A DNA stretch of 64,000 nucleotides, from assembly GCA_944350425.1 (NCBI GenBank), contig CALVOX010000002.1, positions 83,649-147,648 of the forward strand, written 5' to 3'. The notes beneath the pieces were generated by a model. It saw nothing but the letters and a program-made list of their open reading frames with translations. It was not told where the DNA came from and made no database searches. The position numbers and the translations under genes were made by a program. Position 1 is the stretch's first letter. The number at the start of each line of letters is the position of its first letter. This document shows positions 38,831 to 51,400 of the stretch, in pieces. The DNA comes from an uncultured Bacilli bacterium. GTDB lineage: Bacteria > Bacillota_I > Bacilli_A > RFN20 > CAG-826.

Positions 38831-40998
38831 TGAAAAAGAATAAGATATTAACACTATTACTAAGTTTTTCTTGCGTAACTTCTCTTCTTTCTTCATGTAA
38901 TCAAGAAGAGAATACTATTCCTGATATTCCAAGTGAAGAACCAGAAAAAATATATAAATATAAAGATCCTAAATGTTATGAAGGTACATTAATTTCAAAT
39001 CTTGATTTACCTTTATTTAATGAAACTACTCTTCATGTTCCACTTTTAGATACAAAAATTAATTTTACCTATCAAGAAATTGATCAAGAATTAAGTGAAG
39101 ATGAAAGTATGAGAAAAATTAAATTCCATCTAAATATGGATTTATATTCTTCTCAAGAAATGTATGAATCATCTATTTTAAGTGAATATGTTCTTACAAG
39201 TGTTTTCGGTGATTTCAAATATCAAAACATTTTAAATAATGTAAGTGATTTAGATTTTTATTATTATGGAGATGGTGTTTTATATACTACCATTTCACGT
39301 TTTGAAAATAATGCAAAGCCATCTAGAGTAGATGAAGAATATTTAAAAGCATATCCTCGTGAAATAATTGGTACTTCTAAAATTGATATTTCTTCTTTAA
39401 TGGATATGGTCGGAACAGTTTCTAGCGATAACTCGACTGATTTTATTATTCAGCAAATATATTCAATTCTTTCAGGATTTAGTGTAAAAATAGGCGATAT
39501 TACTTCATTTATTGAAGGAGTAACAATCGATGTTTTAGACGAAGGCTTTAAAGCTAGTGTCGATCAAGAAGGCTTAGATGGTCTTTCATCAATTTTAACC
39601 AACATTGTTAATTTCACTATTAACAAACTTGGAATTGATGTTAATTTAAAAGATGGGAATTTACTTGATTTAAATAAGTTTGAAATTTCTTATACACCTC
39701 TTGCAATTTCAGCTACTATTTTAAGCGAAAACTCAACTTCTTCTTTATTAAATTTATCATTAACTCGTAATGATAATAACGCTTTAAGCGTTGAAAGCAG
39801 CGTTAATCTCGAAGAAGATTATTTAATACAAGAAAAAGCTGTTAAAGCTGTTAATTCTTTCTATTCCTTATATGATAGCTACTCTTTGGATGGTTCATCA
39901 CAAACCGATATTTATAACGCTATTTCGACAATTAATGGTTTAAATAGCGATGAAAAATCAAGAATTGCTAACTTTAATTCTTATCTTGGTTACGATGTTT
40001 TAACAATAGATGAAAACGGTAATTATACCGGCTTAAGCGAGGAAGAAGCTATTCAAAATTACTATCAAAATATTTTAGATGTAATTAATGGAGAAAATTC
40101 AACTGATTATGAAATAATAAACGGATTAGAAAAGGTATTCTCCTTGTTTAACGAAAATAAATATTCTGATTCATTAAAATTTAACCTTTTAACATACTTA
40201 GAAAGAAATAATGAAGAAGAATATAATGGCTATTTAGACAAAATTTCATCTTTCTTAAACCGTTTCCTTGATCAAATCCTAGAAGATGTTAACACTCTTC
40301 TTAATGAATATAACAAAGATGAAGAACATACTTTAGAAAAAACTCATGATTTAATTGAAAATATTTATAATCTCACTTTTTTTGATAATATTATCTTAAG
40401 TGATGATAAAGAAATTAAATTAGAAGATTTAAAAGAAAACGATATTATTAAAGCTCTTCCTTCCGAAATTCTTTCAAAAATAGCTTATATTTTCTCAATG
40501 AACCATCAAATATTTGACCAAACTTATGCTCAAAATATTTCTTCAATTATTATCAACTACTTAGATGAAATTTACAAAATGGTCATCGATATGGGCGAAA
40601 AGAGCGACATCAAAGAGTTTAGAGATGTTCCTTCATACTTGATTCTAAATGAAGATAACGATGAAATGTATAAAATCTTTGATTTAATTTCAAACGGCAA
40701 TCTTCAATTTATCAATACAATCAAAAATAAACTTGATGATATTATCTCTGATTTACTTTACAAAGCTGATTTAATGGCTAATAAAAAGCTAGATAATACA
40801 ATAACTATTGAAGAAATTAGATTAATTTTCAATAAAGAAGACTTAGCTTCAAAAAAAGAGCTTCTTGATGGAATGTATAACATGATTCATGTTTATTTAT
40901 CATCGCCACTTTATGAAAAATATGAAGCAAATCTTTCCTATATTGATAAATATTACGAACTTTGTAATGAGTTTGAACTCCAAGAAGACCGCCTTTAA
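38830..40998 (+). CDS. Large acidic lipoprotein
   Basis: Lipobox LSSC. Translationally coupled (TAATG) to the upstream lipoprotein. Confidence 0.75.
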   Translation: MKKNKILTLLLSFSCVTSLLSSCNQEENTIPDIPSEEPEKIYKYKDPKCYEGTLISNLDLPLFNETTLHVPLLDTKINFTYQEIDQELSEDESMRKIKFHLNMDLYSSQEMYESSILSEYVLTSVFGDFKYQNILNNVSDLDFYYYGDGVLYTTISRFENNAKPSRVDEEYLKAYPREIIGTSKIDISSLMDMVGTVSSDNSTDFIIQQIYSILSGFSVKIGDITSFIEGVTIDVLDEGFKASVDQEGLDGLSSILTNIVNFTINKLGIDVNLKDGNLLDLNKFEISYTPLAISATILSENSTSSLLNLSLTRNDNNALSVESSVNLEEDYLIQEKAVKAVNSFYSLYDSYSLDGSSQTDIYNAISTINGLNSDEKSRIANFNSYLGYDVLTIDENGNYTGLSEEEAIQNYYQNILDVINGENSTDYEIINGLEKVFSLFNENKYSDSLKFNLLTYLERNNEEEYNGYLDKISSFLNRFLDQILEDVNTLLNEYNKDEEHTLEKTHDLIENIYNLTFFDNIILSDDKEIKLEDLKENDIIKALPSEILSKIAYIFSMNHQIFDQTYAQNISSIIINYLDEIYKMVIDMGEKSDIKEFRDVPSYLILNEDNDEMYKIFDLISNGNLQFINTIKNKLDDIISDLLYKADLMANKKLDNTITIEEIRLIFNKEDLASKKELLDGMYNMIHVYLSSPLYEKYEANLSYIDKYYELCNEFELQEDRL

Positions 40999-41104
40999 AT
41001 TAGGCGCCAAAATTATTGACTTTTAAAGTCGCAAGTTTTATAAATAGAGAGTAAGTTTTATCGCCTTCAAGATAAGATTTGCTAAATGAAAGATTTAGGT
41101 TAAG

Positions 41105-41497
41105 ATGATTGAAAAGTTTAATCGTAAAAAGAAAATTATTATTGCTACAATTTGCTTTTTAATTGTTGCAATAATTGGCTATATTTTAGGTACTGTAATC
41201 TACTTTTTAACGAATTCCTCAACCTTTTTAGTTTTATTTTCTATCTCTTTTCCATTTATGATTTTAACTTATATTACTTTCATACTTGGATTCTTAAAAT
41301 TTAATGTTGATAGAAAAGGCAAATTAACTTTTATTCTTTTTTATTTTGCACGATTCGCATGTATTATTATTTCTTTGCTTTTATGCATTCTTTATCTTTA
41401 TTTAATGGGAACACTTAAAACAAGCGAAGCATATTACATCATCGTCTCTCCAGTTTTATATACAATCGGTTATCTAGTAGGTATAGTTATTAAGTAA
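41105..41497 (+). CDS. AtpI-like membrane protein
   Basis: Four TM helices with a conserved R in FARF. First gene of the atp operon. Confidence 0.6.
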   Translation: MIEKFNRKKKIIIATICFLIVAIIGYILGTVIYFLTNSSTFLVLFSISFPFMILTYITFILGFLKFNVDRKGKLTFILFYFARFACIIISLLLCILYLYLMGTLKTSEAYYIIVSPVLYTIGYLVGIVIK

Positions 41498-41498
41498 T

Positions 41499-42344
41499 AT
41501 GGATTTTGAAAAAGTTATTAAATGGTTAAGTTGGGATGAAATTCCACCAGAATTTATCTCCTCGATACTTGCATTATTAATAATGCTTATTTTAACTATA
41601 GTTATTAGAATAAAACTTAGAAAATATGACGCATTAGAAAAACCAAAAGGATTTTTTAACGCTTTTGAAGCTATTAACGATTGGGTTGAAAAACAAGTAA
41701 TTGACTTAATGGGCCCTGCTTTTAAAGATTTTGCTGGTTACATTTTATTTACTGGTGGCTATATTCTACTCGGTTTTATCATCGGTTGGGTCGGTATTCC
41801 GAATATATTCCAACCTAGTGGAGATACTTTCGGGGAACCTCTTCCTAATCCATTCACTAATATTGCAATTCCTTTATCTATTGCTTTAATTACTTTCGTT
41901 TTAACTCACTATACTGCAATTAAATATAAACATTGGTCATATTTTGAAAGATATCTGGAGCCAATTCCAATTTTCTTACCTGTTAACTTAGTTACAATGT
42001 GGTCTTCGCTTTTATCATTAACTTTACGTTTATTTGGTAATGCTTTAGCAGGATATTGCGTTATCACGCTTATATATGTAGGTCTAGGAACTTCTCTTCC
42101 ACCTGAAGGAAGTTTGGTAGGAATGGTATTTGATCCTATTCTTGCTCCAATTGGACACCTTTACTTTGATTTATTCGATGGCTTGATTCAAATGGCTGTC
42201 TTTACTATATTAACAATGATTAATATATCTAACGAATATATTAGTCCAGAAGAATATAAGCTTTCTCTTATTAATAAAAAACAAGAAAAAGAAATGAAAA
42301 AACAAAGAAAACTTGAGAAGAAAGCTAAAAAAGTTGGTATTTAA
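41499..42344 (+). CDS. atpB: ATP synthase Fo subunit a
   Basis: SLTLRLFGN, LIQMAVFTILT. Confidence 0.93.
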   Translation: MDFEKVIKWLSWDEIPPEFISSILALLIMLILTIVIRIKLRKYDALEKPKGFFNAFEAINDWVEKQVIDLMGPAFKDFAGYILFTGGYILLGFIIGWVGIPNIFQPSGDTFGEPLPNPFTNIAIPLSIALITFVLTHYTAIKYKHWSYFERYLEPIPIFLPVNLVTMWSSLLSLTLRLFGNALAGYCVITLIYVGLGTSLPPEGSLVGMVFDPILAPIGHLYFDLFDGLIQMAVFTILTMINISNEYISPEEYKLSLINKKQEKEMKKQRKLEKKAKKVGI

Positions 42345-42378
42345 TTCATATTAAATTTATATTAAAGGAGATATATTT

Positions 42379-42594
42379 ATGAATTTTATTGGTTTAGGTA
42401 TTGCTTGTATTGGACTTGGCATGTCAGCTATTGCTGAAGGCTTGGCCGTAATGAAAGCTATGGAAGCTATTGGTAGAAACCCATCTGCTACGAAAGATAT
42501 TAGAACTTCCATGATCATCGGTATTGGTCTTGTTGAATCAGTTGCTATTTATATTCTTGTCGTCGCAATTTTAATGGCATTCGTTGTTCAATAA
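42379..42594 (+). CDS. atpE: ATP synthase Fo subunit c
   Basis: AIGRNP loop, LVESVAIY. Confidence 0.95.
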   Translation: MNFIGLGIACIGLGMSAIAEGLAVMKAMEAIGRNPSATKDIRTSMIIGIGLVESVAIYILVVAILMAFVVQ

Positions 42595-42613
42595 AATTTT
42601 TAAAGGAAAGAAT

Positions 42614-43213
42614 ATGAAGAAATCGAAAAAATTTACACTAACAGCTTTTCTATCTATTCTTCTTTTAGGATTAACTTCTTGCGACACTGAAGAAATTTCA
42701 GATAGAATCGTTACATTAGTCCAAAATATGCTTCCGAATATTTGGATTACTTTAATGCAACTTGCTCTTTTTATTATCGTCGTAATACTTTTTATTGTAT
42801 TTGCTTATAAACCTTTAAAGAAAAAACTTTCAAAACGTAGTGATTACATTGAAAAAAATATTAAAGATAGTGAAGAAAAAGTCAAAGAAGCTAGTGCAAA
42901 TCTAGAAAAAAGTAATCAACTCATTTTAGATAGCGAGAAAAAAGCCGGTGAGATTATTCAAGCAGCACAAAAAACTGCTGAAGTTAGAACTTTAGAAAGT
43001 GAAAAAGAACTTTCTACTAAAATTGAGATTGCTAAAGCTCAAGCTCATAAAGATATTGAAGCTGAACGTAATAATATGCTTAAAGATGCTCATAAAGCAA
43101 TCGTGGAAAGTGCAATTACTACTTCAAAAGAAATTTTAAAAAGAGACATTACAAAAGAAGACAACGATAAGTTTGTTAACGATTTTGTTGATGAATTATT
43201 GAAGGACAAGTAA
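42614..43213 (+). CDS. atpF: ATP synthase Fo subunit b with lipoprotein signal peptide
   Basis: Start MKKSKK, lipobox LTSC, then PN..TM..YKPLKK.L..R and a coiled coil. Confidence 0.9.
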   Translation: MKKSKKFTLTAFLSILLLGLTSCDTEEISDRIVTLVQNMLPNIWITLMQLALFIIVVILFIVFAYKPLKKKLSKRSDYIEKNIKDSEEKVKEASANLEKSNQLILDSEKKAGEIIQAAQKTAEVRTLESEKELSTKIEIAKAQAHKDIEAERNNMLKDAHKAIVESAITTSKEILKRDITKEDNDKFVNDFVDELLKDK

Positions 43214-43215
43214 AA

Positions 43216-43794
43216 ATGAATAACGTCGATTCCCTTATTTTAAAAACAACAGAAGGATTTTTCCAAAATGCATTGGAAAATAATCAAATAATTAAATTTC
43301 AAGAAAACTTGAAGTTTTTATTATGGAATTTAGAAAGAAATCCATCTTATTATGATTTATTAAATTCACCTTTTGTAGAAATTAAAGATAAGTATGAATC
43401 ACTTGAAGATACATTTAAAGATGTTTTGATTCCTGAAGTACTTCTTTTTGCAAAGATTTTAATTGAGAAAAATATTTTTAATCATTTAAAGGAAGTAAAA
43501 GAAACTTTTGATCAACTAGTTGACCAAGAACAAAACATATTAGATGCATTTATTTATACCCCATTTGAACTAAGCGAAACTCAAATTAGCAAAATCCAAG
43601 CTGCATTTGAGAATAAATTTAATACTAAATGTAATTTTAAAATAGTTATTGACAAAGATTTAATTGCTGGAATAAGAGTTTTAATTAATGAAACTATATT
43701 TGAATACAGCGTTGAATCAAAATTAGATAATATAAAAGAAAACTTAAACCAATATTACGATAACTACTTTAAAAACAATAAGGAGGGCAAATAA
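43216..43794 (+). CDS. atpH: ATP synthase F1 delta
   Basis: IDKDLIAGIRV..EYSVESKL and operon position. Confidence 0.88.
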   Translation: MNNVDSLILKTTEGFFQNALENNQIIKFQENLKFLLWNLERNPSYYDLLNSPFVEIKDKYESLEDTFKDVLIPEVLLFAKILIEKNIFNHLKEVKETFDQLVDQEQNILDAFIYTPFELSETQISKIQAAFENKFNTKCNFKIVIDKDLIAGIRVLINETIFEYSVESKLDNIKENLNQYYDNYFKNNKEGK

Positions 43795-45323
43795 TGAGTA
43801 ATAATAAAAACCTAAACTCCTTATCTGAAATTATTAAGGATGAAATTAATAAATACGAAAAGAAAATTAATACTACTAGTGTTGGCCAAGTAGTTAGCGT
43901 TGGTGATTGTATCGCAACCATCTATGGCCTTGACGAGGCAATGTATGGTGAGTTAATTCAATTCCCAAATGATAATTATGGTATGGTTATGAATATCGAA
44001 GAAGACTCTATTGGAGTTGCTCTTTTTGGTAACGAAATCACTATAAAAGAAGGCGATATTTGTAATAGAACAAATAAAGTTACCTCGGTTCCAGTTGGTA
44101 ATGCAATGCTAGGCAGAGTTGTCAATTCTTTAGGCGAGCCTATTGATGGTTTAGGAAAAATTGAAACCACTGAAGTTAGACCTATCGAAATGCCTGCTCC
44201 TAAAATTATGGATAGACAATCAGTTAAAGAACCATTAATGACTGGTATAAAGGCAATTGACTCAATGATTCCTATCGGAAAAGGGCAAAGAGAATTAATT
44301 ATCGGGAATAGACAAACCGGAAAAACTGCTTTGGCTATTGATACAATTTTAAACCAAAAAGGTAAGGATGTTATTTGTGTTTATTGTTCAATCGGACAAA
44401 AAAATTCTTCACTTGCCCAAATTGTCTCTCGTTTAAAAAGAGCTGGAGCAATGGATTATACTGTCGTTGTTTCTTCTGGCGCCGCTGATCCTTCTCCAAT
44501 GCAATATATCGCACCTTATAGTGCAACATCTATTGCTGAATATTGGGAATATCAAGGAAAAGATGTTTTAATCGTCTATGATGATTTATCAAAACATGCT
44601 GTCGCTTATAGAACTTTATGTTTATTGCTTAGAAGATCTCCTGGTAGAGAAGCTTATCCTGGCGATATTTTCTATATCCACTCTCGTCTTCTTGAAAGAT
44701 CGTGTAAACTTTCTAGCAAATTAGGCGGAGGTTCAATTACTGCTCTTCCTATTGTTGAAACACAAGCTGGGGATATTTCCGCTTATATTCCAACAAATAT
44801 TATTTCAATTACTGACGGTCAATTATTCTTAAACGATGATATGTTTAATGCTGGACAAAGACCTGCTATTGATTCAGGTTTATCAGTCAGTCGTGTTGGT
44901 AGTTCAGCTCAATATAAAGTCATGAAAAATGTTGCTAAAGATTTAAGAATGCAACTTGCCAATTATCACGAAATGCTCGATTTTTCAAGATTTGGAAGTG
45001 ACTTAGATAAAACAACTCAATCGATTTTAACTCATGGTGAAATATTGCTTGAGGTTTTAAAACAAAAACAATATATGCCTTTTTCTTTAGCACAAGAAAT
45101 TGTTGATATTTTTGTTGCTCAAAGCGGATATCTAGATGATGTTCAACCTTCTAATGTTCATCATATTTTAAAACTTTTAGATAACTCTATCGTTTCAAAA
45201 GAAAATAACATTTACGAAAAAATAAATTCATCTCATGAATTTAGCGATGAGGACAAAAAATTTATCTTAGATTTACTAACAACTATTAAAAACGCAATAA
45301 AGACTAACGAAGTTAATGCTTAA
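43794..45323 (+). CDS. atpA: ATP synthase F1 alpha
   Basis: GQRELIIGNRQTGKT, PGREAYPGD, SVSRVG. Confidence 0.97.
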   Translation: MSNNKNLNSLSEIIKDEINKYEKKINTTSVGQVVSVGDCIATIYGLDEAMYGELIQFPNDNYGMVMNIEEDSIGVALFGNEITIKEGDICNRTNKVTSVPVGNAMLGRVVNSLGEPIDGLGKIETTEVRPIEMPAPKIMDRQSVKEPLMTGIKAIDSMIPIGKGQRELIIGNRQTGKTALAIDTILNQKGKDVICVYCSIGQKNSSLAQIVSRLKRAGAMDYTVVVSSGAADPSPMQYIAPYSATSIAEYWEYQGKDVLIVYDDLSKHAVAYRTLCLLLRRSPGREAYPGDIFYIHSRLLERSCKLSSKLGGGSITALPIVETQAGDISAYIPTNIISITDGQLFLNDDMFNAGQRPAIDSGLSVSRVGSSAQYKVMKNVAKDLRMQLANYHEMLDFSRFGSDLDKTTQSILTHGEILLEVLKQKQYMPFSLAQEIVDIFVAQSGYLDDVQPSNVHHILKLLDNSIVSKENNIYEKINSSHEFSDEDKKFILDLLTTIKNAIKTNEVNA

Positions 45324-45329
45324 CAATTT

Positions 45330-47713
<2,384 letters not shown>

Positions 47714-47716
47714 TAT

Positions 47717-48148
47717 ATGGCAGCTGAACAAAACAACTTAATCAATCTTCGTTTAGTTACACCAGATTCTCTTGAAAAAAGACATAGAATAAAATCTATT
47801 ATCGTTCAAACAGATAATGGTGAAGTTGAAATACTTCCAAATCATGCTGATTATTTAGCAAATGTAGAAGTATCTATTTTAACTATACGCAGATATAATG
47901 ATGAAATTGTTCATTATGCCGTTGGTGGTGGAGCGATTCATTTCAACAATAAAACTAACACTACTACTCTTATTGTGAATACTTTTATACCAGTAGAAAA
48001 AATTGATATAGAAAAAACTAAAAAAAGCCAAGAAGAAGCATTACAAAAGCTAAAAAATTCAACTTCTGCATACGAACATAAGCAAGCTGAATTGTCTTTA
48101 AAAACAGCTTTAGTCGAGGCTTTTGCTAAGAATAACTATCAAAAATAA
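47717..48148 (+). CDS. atpC: ATP synthase F1 epsilon
   Basis: LVTPD, GEVEILPNHA, AVGGG. Confidence 0.9.
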   Translation: MAAEQNNLINLRLVTPDSLEKRHRIKSIIVQTDNGEVEILPNHADYLANVEVSILTIRRYNDEIVHYAVGGGAIHFNNKTNTTTLIVNTFIPVEKIDIEKTKKSQEEALQKLKNSTSAYEHKQAELSLKTALVEAFAKNNYQK

Positions 48149-48195
48149 GTTTGTTGATTACAACTAATTTATCTAGTATAATCTTATTTGCGATT

Positions 48196-48271
48196 GGGCC
48201 TTTGGCGCAGCTGGGAGCGCGCTTCCATGGCATGGAAGAGGTCACGGGTTCGAGCCCCGTAAGGTCCACCA
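48196..48271 (+). tRNA. tRNA-Ala(GGC)
   Basis: CTTCC-AT-GGC-AT-GGAAG anticodon arm, G3:U70, A73, CCA. Confidence 0.95.
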
Positions 48272-48298
48272 TGTAAAAAACTATTTAACACACCCTAA

Positions 48299-48331
48299 TA
48301 AAAATAACGCGATTAAACTCGCGTTATTTTT
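48299..48331. terminator. Bidirectional terminator between convergent tRNAs
   Basis: AAAAATAACGCGA-N6-TCGCGTTATTTTT. Confidence 0.8.
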
Positions 48332-48341
48332 GTTTTTGCAA

Positions 48342-48418
48342 TGGTGATCACGGAGGGATTCGAACCCTCGACCTACTCCTTAGGAGGGAGTTACTCTATC
48401 CAGCTGAGCTACGTAACC
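48342..48418 (-). tRNA. tRNA-Arg(CCT)
   Basis: ACTCC-CT-CCT-AA-GGAGT anticodon arm. D-loop AGCTGGATA retains A20. CCA encoded. Confidence 0.95.
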
Positions 48419-48439
48419 AGTAATGGTTAATACATTGTA

Positions 48440-51400
48440 CTAACCAAATAAATTAAAATCATCGAAAAGTGATAATTCATCTGTTTCATTATAGCCTTTA
48501 AAGGATCCGAGTTCTCTCAGTTGATTTACTACCTTTTCAGGAACCTTTCCTCTTTTTGAAAAATCGGTAATTGAGTCGAAAGGCCTTTCTTCTCTTGCGG
48601 CTTTGATCTGTTCTCCACCATTTTCTCCAAAACCATCTAGAACTTTAAATGGGGGAATAAGTGCATTATTTTCTTTATCGATAATAAAGTTACTAGCATC
48701 AGATTTATTAATATCTATTGTTTCGAACTTAAATCCTCTTTCATAAAATTCAAGAACTACAGTTAATGTATCTAAAATAGCTACTTCTTTATCTGATAAC
48801 TTCTTTAATGGGTCATTTGATGCATTACGATTTTCAAGTTCTTCGATTTTATCATGAACTGCATCAATACCTTTTATCATTGTTGAAATATCATATTGAT
48901 CACACCTTAAAGTAAAGAAAGTTGCGTAGAAAGCTAATGGAAAATAAACTTTGAAATAGCCAACACGAATAGCCATCATAACATAAGCACACGCATGCCC
49001 TTTAGGAAAAAGATATTTAATCTTTTTACAAGATTCAATGTAATAATTAGGAACATTATGGCTTTCCATATCATGAATTTGTTCATCAGAAAGTTTTTTG
49101 CCTTTTCTTACGGTTTCCATGATTGTGAAAGCTTTAGAATTGTCCAATCCTTTGCTAATTAAGAATGACATAATATCATCTCTGCAACCAATAACTCCAT
49201 TAAGATCCGTTACTCCAGATTTAATTAAATCTTGAGCATTATTAGTCCAAACGTTAGTACCATGAGATAAGCCAGAAATAATAAGAAGATCTCTAAAACT
49301 CTTTGGTTTAGCCTCTCTAATTAATTGCTTAACAAAGTTGGTACCGAATTCTGGAATACCTGTAGTTCCGACATCAGCTTTTATGTATTTATGTTTCATA
49401 TTTAAAGCATCGTTAGCCACAAATAATGATAAAATTTTCCTATCATTCATTGGAATTGAATGAATATCAACTCCTTCTAAATCGCACATCATTTTTAAAG
49501 CTTGCGGATCAACGTGACCTAGCATATCTAGTTTTAAAATTGTGTCATGGATTGCATGGAAATCAAAATGAGTCGTCTTCCATTTAGCTGTTGTATCATT
49601 TGCAGGGTATTGAACAGGCGTGAAATCATAAATCTCATATTTTCTTGGAACAACAACTATCCCTCCTGGGTGTTGTCCGGTTGTTCTTTTGACACTAGTA
49701 CAACCAAATGCCATAGCATTGATTAATGGTCTTTTTATTGTGTTAGGATCGATTCCTTGATTTTTAAAATATTCTCTAACATAACCAATTGCAGTTTTTA
49801 ATTTAGCTGTAGATATAGTACCCGCTCTAAAAACATTATCCTCACCAAGTAATGTCTTAGTAAAAAGATGTGCTTTAGATTGGAAGTCAGCAGGGAAATT
49901 TAAATCAATATCAGGGACTTTTTCAGCCTTAAATCCAAGGAATGTTTCAAAAGGAATATTTTGACCATCCTGAATCATAATTTCACCACATTCTGGGCAT
50001 TTTTTTAAGGGTAAATCATAACCAGATGTACATCCATCGCTCATATCGTGGAACTCGACATGTTTACATTTTGGGCATCTATAATGCGGAGGTAGAGGGT
50101 TAACTTCTGTAATTCCAGCACAATATGCAGCAAAAGAAGAACCAACCGATCCTCTTGATCCAACGATGTAACCTGCTTCATTTGTTAATCTTACAAGCTC
50201 GTGAGCGATGTAATAAGTAACTGAATAACCATGGTTAATAATACCATCAAGTTCTCTTTTTAATCTATCCTCAATTAAAGAAGGGAGTTTATCTCCATAC
50301 TCACGGTGAGCTTTTTCATAACACATATCAGTTAACATTTGCTCACAATTATCAATTTCAGGTGTATATAATTTATCATCGATTGGAATAATTTCTGAAC
50401 ATTGATCAGCAATGTAATTTGTGTTATAAATAACCCATTTTCTTACTTCTTCTTTATCTTCATACCAATCAAAAGCCTCTAACATTTCTCTCGTTGATAA
50501 GAAATGTTGATCAGGTGCTTGAGCCCCGTTTCTTCTAAATAAAGGGTGTAAACCACCACCAACTGCTTGGTTGTTAATCAAAATATCACGATATATTTTT
50601 TGTTCTTTATTAACATAGTGACAATCACCAGTAGCACAAATCATCTTATTTTGTCTCTTTGCTTCATTAATAATAAGACGAAGGTACTTCTTTAAAGTTT
50701 CAACATCAGGAATTTGCCTATCATTAACTAAGAACATATAATTTTCTAATGGTTGAATTTCAATATAGTCATAATAAGAAATTGATTCAGTTAATTTTTT
50801 CGAATTTCTAAATACACAGTTATAAAATACTTCGCCGTTAAAACAAGCGGAGCCTATAAAAAATGAATCTCTATATTGATTTAAAAGCGATCTAGGAACA
50901 AGAGGGACAGTACCAACATATTCGCAATGAGAAACTGAAATTATCTTATATAAGTTTTTAAGAGCGGCTCTATCCTTACAAATTACACAGGTGTGATAGC
51001 CGTGCATACTTTTCAAAGCTTCTTTTTCATATGGTAAATGAACAAGGTCAGAGTGTAAAAGATGCTCTTTTTTCTCTTCTAAATAACCTTTTAAAATATT
51101 CCAACAGGAAGCTAAAACACTAGCATCATAGTCTGCTCTATGAGCGCTATCTTTATCATAATCAACATCTAAACGGCTACATAACGCACCTAAAGAATGT
51201 TTTCTTTTATCTGGATATATATATCTAGAAATTGCTAAGGTATCTATGACAGGTAAAATGATATCCTCGCCATGAATTCTTTTATAAGCCTCATTAATCA
51301 TTGAGTAATCGAACTCCCCGTTATGAGTAACTAAAATAGAATCTCCAACGAATTTTAAAAATTCTGGTAAAACTTCTTCTATTTTTGGACAATCTTTTAC

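Noticed and set aside
48342-48418. AGG->Met reassignment via tRNA(CCU), as reported for some uncultured Bacilli
   Set aside because: This tRNA keeps A20. AGG encodes invariant arginines here: the XerC catalytic H-x-L-R-H (TTA AGG CAT) and the EF-G IRN motif (ATA AGG AAT).
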